A stretch of 64,000 nucleotides of DNA from Candidatus Omnitrophota bacterium. GTDB lineage: Bacteria > Omnitrophota > Gorgyraeia > 2-02-FULL-51-18. The stretch spans positions 14,464 through 78,463 of the forward strand of contig CAMDWQ010000002.1 of assembly GCA_945877765.1 (NCBI GenBank). The letters run 5' to 3'. The stretch's first letter is position 1. Every line of letters begins with the position of its first letter. Shown here piece by piece: positions 9,547-19,687 of this stretch. Both the position numbers and the translations under genes were made by a program. A model generated the notes under the pieces. That model was given only the letters and a program-made list of their open reading frames with translations, made no database searches and was not told the origin of the DNA.

Positions 9547-9984
9547 TTAAGCGGTAAATTTATCAGCGTAGCGGGAAATCCACTTGCGCGCTGCTTCTTC
9601 CTCAGAAAGCTCATAGCCGAGTTCGCGAGAAATAGTTTTTTGGTATTCGATAATCTGCAGGACTTCTTCGGCAAGCTTTGCTTTGAAGGCATCGGGGGAA
9701 TTGATGAAGGCTACGCCCGTGCGGAATTGAGTGCTTTTTTTGTACCCTTTGCAATACGCCACGCGCGCGCGGACATCAAACAGTTTTTCCTTCACCGGGA
9801 TTGAGAGAGTTAAAAGAGAACCCTTAGAAAGCCTGCTAGGCCACACAAACGAGAGACCCCCCAGCGAAATATCTTTGGATTCTGAAATATAGACATCTTT
9901 CGCTTTTTCCAGCTTAAGCTGGATGGGAACGTTGACAGGATGACGGAAAAAACGGCGCTTTTCCCTGCGGAATAAGTTTAACAT
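9547..9984 (-). CDS. PilZ-domain protein (c-di-GMP receptor)
   Basis: RRFFR (RxxxR) and DISLGG (D/NxSxxG) motifs; ATG 9984 preferred over 10002. Confidence 0.88.
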   Translation of the reverse strand: MLNLFRREKRRFFRHPVNVPIQLKLEKAKDVYISESKDISLGGLSFVWPSRLSKGSLLTLSIPVKEKLFDVRARVAYCKGYKKSTQFRTGVAFINSPDAFKAKLAEEVLQIIEYQKTISRELGYELSEEEAARKWISRYADKFTA

Positions 9985-10143
9985 AGGTGTACTATACCAC
10001 ATGAGATGAGCTTCTTTTTAAAAAAGTTTTTATTCTTTGGGTATGCTCATTTGGATTTAAATTTGCTAATCGACGTCGTGTGCCCGGAGCCTGTTTTTCT
10101 TTGCGTTACAAGTCTTTTTTGCCTAGAATGTGTGCTAGCCATC

Positions 10144-10911
10144 ATGGAAATTAAAATTGTTTCTTGGAATGTCAACGGTATCCGTTCGGCGATGCGGCAA
10201 GGCTTTTTAGATTTTGTCCAAAATGAAAAGCCGGATATTGTTTGTTTGCAGGAAATAAAAGCCGCAGCGGGAGGGATGAAGAATCCGCTCGAAGGTTATT
10301 TTGATTTCTGGAATCACGCACAGAGGCCCGGTTATGCCGGCACGGCGATTTTTAGCCGAATAAAACCGCTAGCCGTCAACAATGGGATCGGGGTTTCTAA
10401 ACACGACAGCGAAGGCAGGGTTTTAACGGCGGAATATAAAGATTTTTTTCTTGTCAATGTGTATGTGCCTAATTCCAAGCGTGATTTGAGTCGTTTGAAT
10501 TATCGTGCAAAAGAGTGGGATGTCGATTTTTTGAAATATCTCAAAACGCTCAGAAAGAAAAAGCCAGTCATTTTTTGCGGTGACTTGAACGTGGCTCACC
10601 ATGAAATTGATCTGACGAATCCCAAGAGCAATCAAAAAAACCACGGTTTTACACCCCAAGAGCGCGCTGGTTTTGATGCGTTTGTAAAGGCTGGCTTCAC
10701 TGATACTTTTCGCGAATTTGAAAAAGGGCCAGGCCATTATACGTGGTGGAGCCGTCTGAATAATTGCCGTAAGCGAAATATCGGCTGGCGTATTGATTAT
10801 TTTTGTATTTCTTCAGATTTAAAGAAATTTTTAAAAAAAGCCTGGATTTTAAACGAGGTTAACGGATCGGATCATTGTCCGGTTGGGATTGTGTTGAAAG
10901 GAGTTTTATGA
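10144..10911 (+). CDS. xth: Exodeoxyribonuclease III / AP endonuclease
   Basis: SWNVNGIR, CLQEIK, YVPN, CGDLNVAH, YTWW, GWRIDYF, GSDHCP; start at ATG 10144. Confidence 0.95.
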   Translation: MEIKIVSWNVNGIRSAMRQGFLDFVQNEKPDIVCLQEIKAAAGGMKNPLEGYFDFWNHAQRPGYAGTAIFSRIKPLAVNNGIGVSKHDSEGRVLTAEYKDFFLVNVYVPNSKRDLSRLNYRAKEWDVDFLKYLKTLRKKKPVIFCGDLNVAHHEIDLTNPKSNQKNHGFTPQERAGFDAFVKAGFTDTFREFEKGPGHYTWWSRLNNCRKRNIGWRIDYFCISSDLKKFLKKAWILNEVNGSDHCPVGIVLKGVL

Positions 10912-11288
10912 ACTTTAAAAAAATTCAAAAAGAGCAGGATGTATGGTCTCGCAAAAATTTTGGCAACAAAAAAGTTTACCAACCCATTCTTGGCGCGGCG
11001 GAAGAAGTGGGTGAGTTGGCTCATGCGTACTTAAAGATGGAGCAGGGGATACGGGGGACTCGCCAGGAGCATGAGGCTAAGATGAAGGATGCTGTTGGGG
11101 ATACTTGCGTTTTCTTGATGGACTTATGTAATCAGATGGGGTGGCAGTTGGATGAGATTATTGAAAGCACCTGGAACGAGGTAAAAAAGAGAAATTGGAA
11201 AAAAGATACACTTCAAGACACGGAAAAAATAAATCAATACAAATCTAAAACTGCCCGTCGAAAGCCCGGAAAACGGCGGCTTGGATGA
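10908..11288 (+). CDS. MazG-like nucleotide pyrophosphohydrolase
   Basis: AEEVGELA...KDAVGD acidic metal-binding pattern; ATGA overlap with the xth stop. Confidence 0.75.
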   Translation: MNFKKIQKEQDVWSRKNFGNKKVYQPILGAAEEVGELAHAYLKMEQGIRGTRQEHEAKMKDAVGDTCVFLMDLCNQMGWQLDEIIESTWNEVKKRNWKKDTLQDTEKINQYKSKTARRKPGKRRLG

Positions 11289-11403
11289 TTCTTCACCAGT
11301 TTATAGCCAAGCGCCCCCTTGTTTCGGGTTTGCAAACGGCGATGATTGGCGCAGCCGCGGCCTCTGCGGTCTATTTCATCGCGGGATTTTTCAGTTAGAG
11401 TTG

Positions 11404-11412
11404 TGGTATAAT
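11404..11412 (+). promoter_or_regulatory. Extended -10 promoter element upstream of yebC
   Basis: TGgTATAAT 35 nt upstream of the ATG; GAGGGAG RBS follows. Confidence 0.55.
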
Positions 11413-11447
11413 TTCCAAAAACAGGAATCACTTTCGAGGGAGATATT

Positions 11448-12200
11448 ATGTCTGGTCACTCAAAATGGGCAACAATTAAGCACAAAAAAGGCGCATTGGA
11501 TGCTAAGCGAGGCGCTCTTTTTACCAAATTAATTAAAGAAATAACGACCGCGGCACGCACGGGCGGCGGAAGCATGGACACGAACCCTCGGCTTCGCCTG
11601 GCGATTGAAAAAGGCAAGGCAGCTAACATGCCTAGCGATAATATTGACCGAGCGGTTAAAAAAGGAACCGGCGAGCTTCCCGGCGTAACGTATGAAGAGT
11701 TGATGTATGAGGGTTACGGCCCTAATGGAATTGCAATTTTGATTGAAATTCTCACCGATAATAAAAACCGCGCGGCGTCCGAAATCCGAAACATTCTTGA
11801 AAAAAAGGGCGGGAGTCTTTCAGGCTCCGGATCGGTAGCGTGGCAGTTTGCCAAAAAAGGGCTGATTGTTGTCAAAAAAGAAGCGGCGGATGAAGACAAA
11901 ATGATGGGTATCGCTTTGGAAGCCGGAGCTTCTGATTTTAGTGCGGAAAAAGAAATTTATGAAATTACGACAGAGCCTCATGATTTTGAAAAAGTAAAAA
12001 AAGCTATCGCGGATGCCGGAATCACGCCGGAAAGCGCCGAAGTGACTCGTATTCCTTCCGCCACTGTTAAAGTGGCTGGAATTAATGAGGCTAGGTCTAT
12101 CATGATCCTAATGGATGCACTTGAAGACCACGAGGATACGCAGAATGTATACGCCAACTTTGATATTTCTGATGAAATTTTGCATGAATTGGCGAAGTGA
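11448..12200 (+). CDS. yebC: YebC/PmpR family protein
   Basis: MSGHSKWATIKHKK, YEGYGPNG, TDNKNR. Confidence 0.97.
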   Translation: MSGHSKWATIKHKKGALDAKRGALFTKLIKEITTAARTGGGSMDTNPRLRLAIEKGKAANMPSDNIDRAVKKGTGELPGVTYEELMYEGYGPNGIAILIEILTDNKNRAASEIRNILEKKGGSLSGSGSVAWQFAKKGLIVVKKEAADEDKMMGIALEAGASDFSAEKEIYEITTEPHDFEKVKKAIADAGITPESAEVTRIPSATVKVAGINEARSIMILMDALEDHEDTQNVYANFDISDEILHELAK

Positions 12201-12206
12201 TTTCGC

Positions 12207-12707
12207 TTGAAGGTTCTCGGGGTTGATCCGGGCCTAAGAATCACCGGCTACGGAGTGGTGCTGGTGCCGGATGGTTGGAAAGGCGACTGTTCGCAGGCGC
12301 AAATACTTGAAGCGGGGATCGTCAACGCTAAAACTCGCGAGGGAATTTCGGAGCGGCTTCGCAAGATCTACCAGTCGCTCTCGGAAGTGATCGAAGAATT
12401 TAAGCCTGATGTGCTGGTGATCGAAAAGTTGTATGCGCATTATAGCCACCCCGCTACGGCGATCTTGATGGGGCATGCGCGAGGCGTTGTTTGCCTTTTG
12501 AGCGGGGTGTATGGAGTGCCGCTGGTCAGCCTCGCTTCCACGCATGTCAAAAAATCAGTGACGGGTAAAGGCCATGCAGGAAAAAATCAGGTTCAGCGCA
12601 TGATTCAGCACGAGTTTTCTCTAAAAAAGCTACCCGAACCTCCCGATGTGGCAGATGCGCTGGCGGTGGCGTTGGCCTACCTAGCCTCCGTAAAGAAAAA
12701 AAGGTGA
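12207..12707 (+). CDS. ruvC: Holliday junction resolvase RuvC
   Basis: LGVDPG..TGYG, VIE, GHARG, VKKSVTG.G.A.K.QV, DVADALA. Confidence 0.96.
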   Translation: MKVLGVDPGLRITGYGVVLVPDGWKGDCSQAQILEAGIVNAKTREGISERLRKIYQSLSEVIEEFKPDVLVIEKLYAHYSHPATAILMGHARGVVCLLSGVYGVPLVSLASTHVKKSVTGKGHAGKNQVQRMIQHEFSLKKLPEPPDVADALAVALAYLASVKKKR

Positions 12708-12711
12708 ACCG

Positions 12712-13350
12712 ATGATCGCGCAAATTTCAGGAAATATTGAAAGTCTTTGTGATAATACGCTGACCCTCGCCGTTGGAGGCATTTCCTATGAAGTTTACAT
12801 TCCCACAGCGGTAATCAAAAATTTTGAAGGGCGCCTTGAAAAAGATTCCAAGATTTCCCTGTTTACCTACCATTACTATCAGACTGATCCTTCGCGAAGC
12901 ATTCCCATTTTGATTGGATTTGCCAATCGCATAGAAAAAGATTTTTTTGAAAAATTTATCACGGTTTCCGGTGTGGGGCCCAAGGCGGCGGTTCGGGCGC
13001 TTTCACAACCCATGCCTGATATTGCCGCGGCCATTGATGAGGGAGATCTTAAGTACCTGAAAGCGCTCCCGGGAATCGGTGAACAGCGCGCCAAAGAAAT
13101 CATTGCCAAGCTACAGGGGAAGATGGGTCGGTTTGGCCTCATGAAAATTACCGCCGGGGCAGGATCTTCAAGGCCTGTGACTTCTAAAGCGTCGGACCTT
13201 GAAAATGAGGCGATGGAAGTGCTTTTGCAATTGGAGTACAAAAAAGACGAGGCTAAAGAGATGCTGCGAAAGGCCTTTTCGCGCAAACCCTCGGTTTCTA
13301 CTATCGAAGAATTGCTTAACGAAGTTTACCGGCAGAAAAAAGAGCTGTGA
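12712..13350 (+). CDS. ruvA: Holliday junction branch migration protein RuvA
   Basis: [28 protein letters not shown] HhH motifs. Confidence 0.95.
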   Translation: MIAQISGNIESLCDNTLTLAVGGISYEVYIPTAVIKNFEGRLEKDSKISLFTYHYYQTDPSRSIPILIGFANRIEKDFFEKFITVSGVGPKAAVRALSQPMPDIAAAIDEGDLKYLKALPGIGEQRAKEIIAKLQGKMGRFGLMKITAGAGSSRPVTSKASDLENEAMEVLLQLEYKKDEAKEMLRKAFSRKPSVSTIEELLNEVYRQKKEL

Positions 13351-14420
13351 AAAAAAAAGAGAGCGGTCGCGAGAAAGTTGATTTTGAGAGGACCAAGCGG
13401 CAGGATTTGGTCGACTCGCAAGCCATTGATGACTCTGATGGAGTGGTAGAGATATCGCTTCGCCCCTCCAAAATTGATGAGTTTATCGGCCAGGATCATC
13501 TCAAAGAAAATCTTAAAATTGCTCTCCAGGCGGCTCAAAAAAGAAAAGAACCGCTGGAGCACGTGCTTTTATCCGGGCCTCCGGGGCTAGGCAAGACAAC
13601 ATTGGCGCATATATTGGCGCATGAGATGGGCGCTAAGATCATGGCGACCAGCGGACCGGCGATTGAGCGAGCGGGCGATTTGATTGGCATTTTGACCAAT
13701 CTCGACGACGGCGATATTCTTTTCATCGATGAAATTCACCGCCTTTCCAAAGTGGTTGAAGAATTTGTATATCCGGCGATGGAAGATTACAAAATTGATT
13801 TTGTCGTCGACAAGGGGCCCTACGCTAAGACGATTAAATTTTCGCTGAAACGTTTTACATTGATAGGCGCAACGACGCGGCAGGGGCTTTTGAGTTCGCC
13901 CTTAAGAGACCGTTTTGGATTTTTATTCCACCTTGATTTTTATGAGCCTGAGGATTTGACCCGCATCATTGAGCGGTCGGCTAGCATTCTTTCGATTTCC
14001 ATCGATAAGGATGCAGCGCTTGAGCTGGCTCGCCGCTCACGGGGTACTCCGCGTATCGCCAATAAACTTTTACGGCGCGTCAGGGATTACGTGCAAGTAA
14101 AAGCCCACGACAAGATTACTTTGCAGACTGTGGAACAAGCGCTGCAGAGTCATGGGGTGGATAAAGGTGGGCTGGATGCGCTGGACCGCAAGGTTTTAAA
14201 AGTTTTGATCGAGAATTATGACGGAGGGCCGGTAGGTGTGGATTCGCTGGCCGCGACTCTAAACGAAGAGGTGGATACGCTAGTGGATGTGGTCGAGCCT
14301 TTTTTGCTTAAGATTGGTTTTTTAAAGAGGACTTCCCGTGGCCGCGAAGCTACACCGGCTGCTTTTGCTCACCTTAATTCCCAAAAAAAAGCTTCCCCAA
14401 AAAATAAAGATCTTTTTTGA
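13347..14420 (+). CDS. ruvB: Holliday junction helicase RuvB
   Basis: [48 protein letters not shown]. Confidence 0.97.
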   Translation: MKKKESGREKVDFERTKRQDLVDSQAIDDSDGVVEISLRPSKIDEFIGQDHLKENLKIALQAAQKRKEPLEHVLLSGPPGLGKTTLAHILAHEMGAKIMATSGPAIERAGDLIGILTNLDDGDILFIDEIHRLSKVVEEFVYPAMEDYKIDFVVDKGPYAKTIKFSLKRFTLIGATTRQGLLSSPLRDRFGFLFHLDFYEPEDLTRIIERSASILSISIDKDAALELARRSRGTPRIANKLLRRVRDYVQVKAHDKITLQTVEQALQSHGVDKGGLDALDRKVLKVLIENYDGGPVGVDSLAATLNEEVDTLVDVVEPFLLKIGFLKRTSRGREATPAAFAHLNSQKKASPKNKDLF

Positions 14421-15577
14421 TGCGTATTAAAATAATGAGCCGATTATTTGTCGCGCTGTTTTTTTTGCAATTTATTTTTCTTCCGCCGCTTCAGGCGGAT
14501 ACCCAAATCCGTGTGCTGGTCGCTGAAAACCAAAAGATGCTGAAAGTGAATATCCGGGGGGAATACCAGATCAGGGTATTGCCGACGATGCAATTGGTAA
14601 AAAAAGGCAAGGGCCTGTCCGATGCTTGGCTTGTGCCGACAGCCGCTGGCGTGCGGATAGGCCACGAAGAATGGGCTTGCCGCGGCCTGCTGATTCAGCC
14701 GGCAGAAGACCGTGATTTGGTCATAGGCCGCTCAGGTTTTCGGGGTGCTATTTCTATCCTCAAAGATAAAAATAATTTATTTTACGCCATTAATTCTTTG
14801 GATATCGAACGATATCTTTATGGCGTGCTTCATCATGAAGTGGCGGCCTGGTGGCCGATGGAGGCGCTTAAGGCTCAGGCAGTTGCCGCGCGCAGTTATG
14901 CATTGTATCAAGCTGCGGTGAGTCAGCGCGCCGAATATGATGTTAAAAGCAATACCAGCTCTCAGGTTTATGGCGGCAGCACCACAGAGCGCTACCGCAC
15001 CAAACGCGCAGTGAATTTGACGGCCGGCGAGGTGCTTTCTTATCAGGGAAAAGCTTTCCCAGCTTATTTCCATGCCGCGTGCGCGGGTTTGACAGCCGCT
15101 TCCTCGGAGCTTTGGAACATTAGCCTGCCTCCTTTAGCCGGTGGAGTTAAGTGCAGCTATTGCCGCATCTCGCCGCATTACAATTGGGAGTCGCGCGTGC
15201 CGCTGGCTGAAATTGAGGAAAAGTTGAAAAAATATGGCCGTCCTGTTGGGCGAACCCTAAGAATCGAAATCATCTCCCAGACACCCTCTCGCCGAGTCGG
15301 AAGGCTTCGTATTATTGGTACCGCCGGAGAGATTGTTGTCGCCGCCAAGGATTTTCGGGTTTGGATTGGAGGTGACAAGATACGCAGCACTTCGTTTTCC
15401 ATTGAAGTGCGTGAAGATGCGATTTATTTTCACGGCAAGGGGTGGGGACACGGCGTGGGGCTTTGCCAGTGGGGCCTTTTGGGGCAGGCGCTCTTAGGAA
15501 AGACCTATCGCAGCCTGCTGGAGTTTTATTACCCCGGATCGCAAATTGCTCTCAATGCGGCGACAAAAACTTCATGA
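14420..15577 (+). CDS. SpoIID/LytB-domain lytic transglycosylase
   Basis: Signal peptide; ERYLYGVL..EV...W..EALKAQAVAARSYA, SQVYGG, GKGWGHGVGLCQWG, FYYPG. Confidence 0.92.
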   Translation: MRIKIMSRLFVALFFLQFIFLPPLQADTQIRVLVAENQKMLKVNIRGEYQIRVLPTMQLVKKGKGLSDAWLVPTAAGVRIGHEEWACRGLLIQPAEDRDLVIGRSGFRGAISILKDKNNLFYAINSLDIERYLYGVLHHEVAAWWPMEALKAQAVAARSYALYQAAVSQRAEYDVKSNTSSQVYGGSTTERYRTKRAVNLTAGEVLSYQGKAFPAYFHAACAGLTAASSELWNISLPPLAGGVKCSYCRISPHYNWESRVPLAEIEEKLKKYGRPVGRTLRIEIISQTPSRRVGRLRIIGTAGEIVVAAKDFRVWIGGDKIRSTSFSIEVREDAIYFHGKGWGHGVGLCQWGLLGQALLGKTYRSLLEFYYPGSQIALNAATKTS

Positions 15578-16650
15578 GTACCGATTTTTTTAATTACGAA
15601 TTACCGGCCGAGCTTATTGCTCAAGAACCCTCGTTGACAAGAGACGCCTCGCGACTACTGGTGATTGATCGTAAGACAGGATCCCTCGTGGACCGCCAGT
15701 TTTCCGACATCGAGGAATATTTGGCGCCAGGGGATATTTTGGCGCTTAATGACACCAAAGTGTTTCCTGCTCGCATCCTAGGAAAAAAGGAAAAAACGGG
15801 CGGTAAAGTGGATTTGCTTCTTTTGTCGCCGTACGAAAAAGCGCTTTCCAAGGCCGATGAATCGATGTCGGCAGGCGCAGCGGAAGAATGGAAATCCAAG
15901 ATTCTATGGAAATGCCTGGTCCAACCCTCCCTGAGGGAAGACCAAGAGATAATATTCGAAAATGAGGCGGCGCGAGCGGTATTTCTAAAGAGGGATTTGG
16001 ACGGCGTGCCAATTGTGGAATTTAAAAATATACGGGATCCTCGAGAGCTGTCACGCCGGATCGGGCACATGCCGTTACCGCCCTACATTCGCCGTGAAGA
16101 TGCGCCCCCGGATACCCAGCGCTACCAGACAGTCTACGCCAAGAATGAGGGCGCTGTTGCCGCGCCTACGGCTGGCCTTCATTTTACAGAGGCACTTCTT
16201 GAAAAAATAAGGCACAAAGGTGTCCAAACAGAGATGCTGACGCTTCATGTTGGTTATGGGACATTTAAACCAGTGGAGAATCTTGAAACTCACCGCATGC
16301 ATACCGAAGTTTTTGAGCTGGGGTTGGATGCGGCGGAAAGAATCAACAAGGCAAAGTTGGAAAAAAGACAAATTTTTGCGGTGGGCACAACCACGGTGCG
16401 CGTGCTTGAGACGTGTGTCCAGAATAATCGATTGATAGCTGGCCGGGGAGAAACAGATATTTTTATTCGTGAGCCGTTTGAGTTTGAAGCCGTGGATAGC
16501 CTTGTGACTAATTTTCATTTACCGAAAACCACACTGCTTCTTTTGGTTGGGGCGTTCATGGGAGAAAAACTCTTAAAAAAGGCTTACGAGCACGCCATTC
16601 AAGAGCGATACCGGTTTTATTCGTATGGCGACGCCATGCTGATTTTATAG
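15574..16650 (+). CDS. queA: S-adenosylmethionine:tRNA ribosyltransferase-isomerase
   Basis: FNYELPAELIAQEP, NDTKVFPAR, PLPPYI, AVAAPTAGLHF, TNFHLP, FYSYGDAMLI; start ATG 15574. Confidence 0.97.
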   Translation: MSTDFFNYELPAELIAQEPSLTRDASRLLVIDRKTGSLVDRQFSDIEEYLAPGDILALNDTKVFPARILGKKEKTGGKVDLLLLSPYEKALSKADESMSAGAAEEWKSKILWKCLVQPSLREDQEIIFENEAARAVFLKRDLDGVPIVEFKNIRDPRELSRRIGHMPLPPYIRREDAPPDTQRYQTVYAKNEGAVAAPTAGLHFTEALLEKIRHKGVQTEMLTLHVGYGTFKPVENLETHRMHTEVFELGLDAAERINKAKLEKRQIFAVGTTTVRVLETCVQNNRLIAGRGETDIFIREPFEFEAVDSLVTNFHLPKTTLLLLVGAFMGEKLLKKAYEHAIQERYRFYSYGDAMLIL

Positions 16651-16679
16651 CGGCTGATGAGATTTCAGGGTTATTTCCT

Positions 16680-17555
16680 ATGAAAAAAGAAAAGCTGCCT
16701 CCATTTTCCGCTGAAATTATTTTACGGCCTCGGTCTGCGTGGCTTTCTTTTGATTGGAACGAATTTTTTCAGTACCAGGATCTTTTGTGGCTCCTGGTGC
16801 GACGGGACATCGTCGCCCGCTACAAGCAAACTTTTTTCGGCAGAAGCTGGTTTGTTTTGCAGCCGTTACTGATGACCATCGTTTTTACGGTTGTTTTTGG
16901 AGGCGGGGTGGGTATCTCCACCGACGGCGCGCCGCGTATTCTTTTTTATCTCTGCGGGCTGCTTCCGTGGATTTATTTTTCAGAAAGCCTTCTTTCGGCC
17001 TCCTCAGCGCTTTTATCCAACGCGGACATGTTTCGTAAAATTTATTTTCCTCGATTGATTGTACCTATTGCCACGGTGCTATCGAGGCTTTTTGGTTTCG
17101 CCGTTCATTTCGGCATATTGATCGCTGTTTATGCCTATTACAAATTTTTTACCGTTTCCGGACAGAGCCTTTTTTTTGGCCGTTTCTGGTGGCTGCTTCC
17201 TTTGGCTTTTTGCCAGACGCTGGTCTTAAGCCTGGCAATGGGTTTGTGGGTCTCTGCGCTTTCGGTCAAGCGCCGTGATCTCCAGCATGCGGCGCCATTT
17301 TTGATTCAGATATGGATGTATGTTTCGCCGGTGATTTACCCGGTTTCGCTCGTTTCCGCTCAATGGCATGCGGCGTACCGCTTGAACCCAATGACCTGGG
17401 TTATTGAATTGTACCGGCACGCCTTCCTAGGAACGCCGTCCTTGGTAATTAATGCCGGCTGGATAGTAACCTCGTTGTTGATAAGTTTTTTTCTTTTGAT
17501 AGGCGGTTTTGCGGCGTTTAACGGCATTCAGCGGACGCTGGTCGACGCTCTCTAG
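16680..17555 (+). CDS. wzm: Polysaccharide ABC exporter permease (Wzm/RfbA)
   Basis: LVRRDIVARYKQT..G..W..LQPL, KIYFPR, SPVIYP, LNPMT; six TM segments. Confidence 0.92.
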   Translation: MKKEKLPPFSAEIILRPRSAWLSFDWNEFFQYQDLLWLLVRRDIVARYKQTFFGRSWFVLQPLLMTIVFTVVFGGGVGISTDGAPRILFYLCGLLPWIYFSESLLSASSALLSNADMFRKIYFPRLIVPIATVLSRLFGFAVHFGILIAVYAYYKFFTVSGQSLFFGRFWWLLPLAFCQTLVLSLAMGLWVSALSVKRRDLQHAAPFLIQIWMYVSPVIYPVSLVSAQWHAAYRLNPMTWVIELYRHAFLGTPSLVINAGWIVTSLLISFFLLIGGFAAFNGIQRTLVDAL

Positions 17556-17560
17556 CGCGC

Positions 17561-18724
17561 ATGAGCCTGCCAGCCCTTGAGACGCAAGCACTTTCCAAAT
17601 CATATTCCATCCTGTCGGGTGGAAAATCCGAAACTCTGTGGGCGATCAAAGACCTAACACTTTCAATCCAAAATGGCGAGGTTGTGGGAATTATCGGGCG
17701 TAATGGTGCGGGCAAATCAACGCTGTTGAAAATCCTTTCCCGAATCACCGACCCCACCTCAGGCCATGCGATTTTGCGCGGAAGAGTTTCTTCTCTTCTA
17801 GAGGTTGGTACAGGTTTTCATCCGGAGCTTAGCGGCACCGACAATGTCTATGTTAACGGCGCGATTCTGGGAATGAAGCGTGCGGAAATAAGCGCAAAAT
17901 TTAAAGCCATTTCTGAATTTGCCGAAATTGAGAAGTTTATGGACATGCCCATTAAGTTTTATTCCAGCGGCATGCTGCTGCGCCTGGCTTTTGCTGTTGC
18001 CGCCCACTTGGAACCGGAGGTTCTAATTGTGGATGAGATTCTTGCCGTGGGTGATATTGGTTTCCAAAAAAAATGTATTGAAAAAACACACGACCTAACT
18101 CAGAGCGGGCGGACGGTGGTGCTGGTCTCGCACCAGATGAACCAGATTCGAAAACTATGCACCCGTTGTTTTTGGCTGGAGGAGGGCCGTCTAAAACAAG
18201 AAGGGCCGGTAGCGGAGGTGACAAGCGCCTACGAAGAAACGGCGGTATCAGGCGCTATTTTTCGTGATGCCCAGACGCATCCGTCCGCTGTGCGCGGAAA
18301 GGCAAAATTCAGCGGATGGGAAATCAGCGAACCGGCCCCGGACCCCAAGAGAAGTTTTGCGGTGAAAGCCGAACAGCCGTTTTCGGCGGCGTTTACGGCA
18401 GAGATTTCGACCGAATTGTTCAACGTGATTCAGGGCTGCGCTCTTTACGATTCTCAAGGACAACTTCTTTGGGGCGGCGGCGCCCAGCATCTGCGATTGA
18501 CGCCCGGGCGTAAAAAATTTATTTACCGGATGCCGGCGCTTCCTTTGACGCCGGGGAACTATTATTGGCATGTCAGTCTTTACGAGGGAGAAGAAATGCT
18601 CGACAATTGGTACGCAAAGCCCGCGATGAACGTGGAGGCTTTGCCCTTGAATCATCCGATGGATGTCTGGCGTGGGATTTTAAATTTTCCTTATAATTTT
18701 AAGGTGACCGATGAGACCTCGTGA
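17561..18724 (+). CDS. wzt: Polysaccharide ABC exporter ATPase (Wzt) with C-terminal Wzt_C domain
   Basis: GRNGAGKSTLLK, GFHPELSG, YSSGM..RLAFA, VDEILAVGD; C-terminal beta domain ending LTPGNYY. Confidence 0.93.
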   Translation: MSLPALETQALSKSYSILSGGKSETLWAIKDLTLSIQNGEVVGIIGRNGAGKSTLLKILSRITDPTSGHAILRGRVSSLLEVGTGFHPELSGTDNVYVNGAILGMKRAEISAKFKAISEFAEIEKFMDMPIKFYSSGMLLRLAFAVAAHLEPEVLIVDEILAVGDIGFQKKCIEKTHDLTQSGRTVVLVSHQMNQIRKLCTRCFWLEEGRLKQEGPVAEVTSAYEETAVSGAIFRDAQTHPSAVRGKAKFSGWEISEPAPDPKRSFAVKAEQPFSAAFTAEISTELFNVIQGCALYDSQGQLLWGGGAQHLRLTPGRKKFIYRMPALPLTPGNYYWHVSLYEGEEMLDNWYAKPAMNVEALPLNHPMDVWRGILNFPYNFKVTDETS

Positions 18725-18787
18725 ATGGATCGATCTACTTGTTCTTCGGGTAAATAATTTCATTCGTCTTAAAAGCGACGGTTTCCA

Positions 18788-19669
18788 ATGACCGAGAGTC
18801 AATACCCCTGTATTTCTGTTGTGATTCCCTCATTTAACCAGGGTCGTTTTATTGAACAAACCCTTCTGTCTGTTTTGGGGCAACAGTACCCAAACCTCGA
18901 GGTGCTGGTAATGGATGCAGGCAGCACCGACGAAACTCATGAAATTCTGAGGAAGTATCAAGATAGAATTTTTTGGCAAGCTAAGCCCGATGGCGGACAG
19001 GCAGAAGCGATCAATGAAGGGATGCGTATCAGTCGGGGAGATATTCTTTGCTGGCTAAGCTCTGATGATTTTTATTTGCCTGGCACTCTTTTGGACATCG
19101 CTCGTCGTTTCCAGGGGCATCTGAAGGAGTCTTTTTTGGTGTACGGCTCTGCACTGACTCTTTATGAGGAAAATGGCGTCATTGACGGTGGTTGGAAAAA
19201 TGCCGATGCGCTGGATTGCGTTGCGCTGACTTATGAGTGTACGGTGATTCAGCCCAGCGTTTTTTGGACTCGTGAAGCGTGGCGGCGGGTAGGACCGATC
19301 AACACCAAGTACGACCACGTGATTGACTGGGAATGGTATATCCGCGCTTCCAAAATTGCGACTTTTTGTTCTGTTGCAAAATTTTATTCAGTATTCAGGC
19401 TCCATCCGTTGCAGAAATCGAAAAAGGACGGGTTGTGCCGACGCCGGGAAATACTCGAAGTCATCGATATTTACGCGCCAGACAATTGGAAAAAAAATTA
19501 TCATTTAATTTACAGCCGCTTCGAACGCGTTCAGCGGCTACTAGTTTTTTTTAAAAATAGAAAAAGCATCTCTCTTTATTTATTGTTTTGCCTATGTTTT
19601 CCGTGGGTTGCTTTTAAAATTAAATCACGGCGGGATGTAGGGATTATCCTGGGTATGTTGGAACAATAA
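18788..19669 (+). CDS. Glycosyltransferase family 2
   Basis: SVVIPSFNQG, MDAGSTD, GQAEAINEG, WLSSDD, QPSVFW. Confidence 0.92.
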   Translation: MTESQYPCISVVIPSFNQGRFIEQTLLSVLGQQYPNLEVLVMDAGSTDETHEILRKYQDRIFWQAKPDGGQAEAINEGMRISRGDILCWLSSDDFYLPGTLLDIARRFQGHLKESFLVYGSALTLYEENGVIDGGWKNADALDCVALTYECTVIQPSVFWTREAWRRVGPINTKYDHVIDWEWYIRASKIATFCSVAKFYSVFRLHPLQKSKKDGLCRRREILEVIDIYAPDNWKKNYHLIYSRFERVQRLLVFFKNRKSISLYLLFCLCFPWVAFKIKSRRDVGIILGMLEQ

Positions 19670-19687
19670 CCTTCTTAAAGGAATTCT

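Noticed and set aside
11281-11532. 83-aa ORF between the MazG-like gene and yebC
   Set aside because: It overlaps the yebC promoter and start and has no RBS or motifs.
14420-15577. SpoIID as evidence of sporulation
   Set aside because: SpoIID/LytB homologues are widespread in non-sporulating bacteria, and the ruvB-spoIID-queA order is known.
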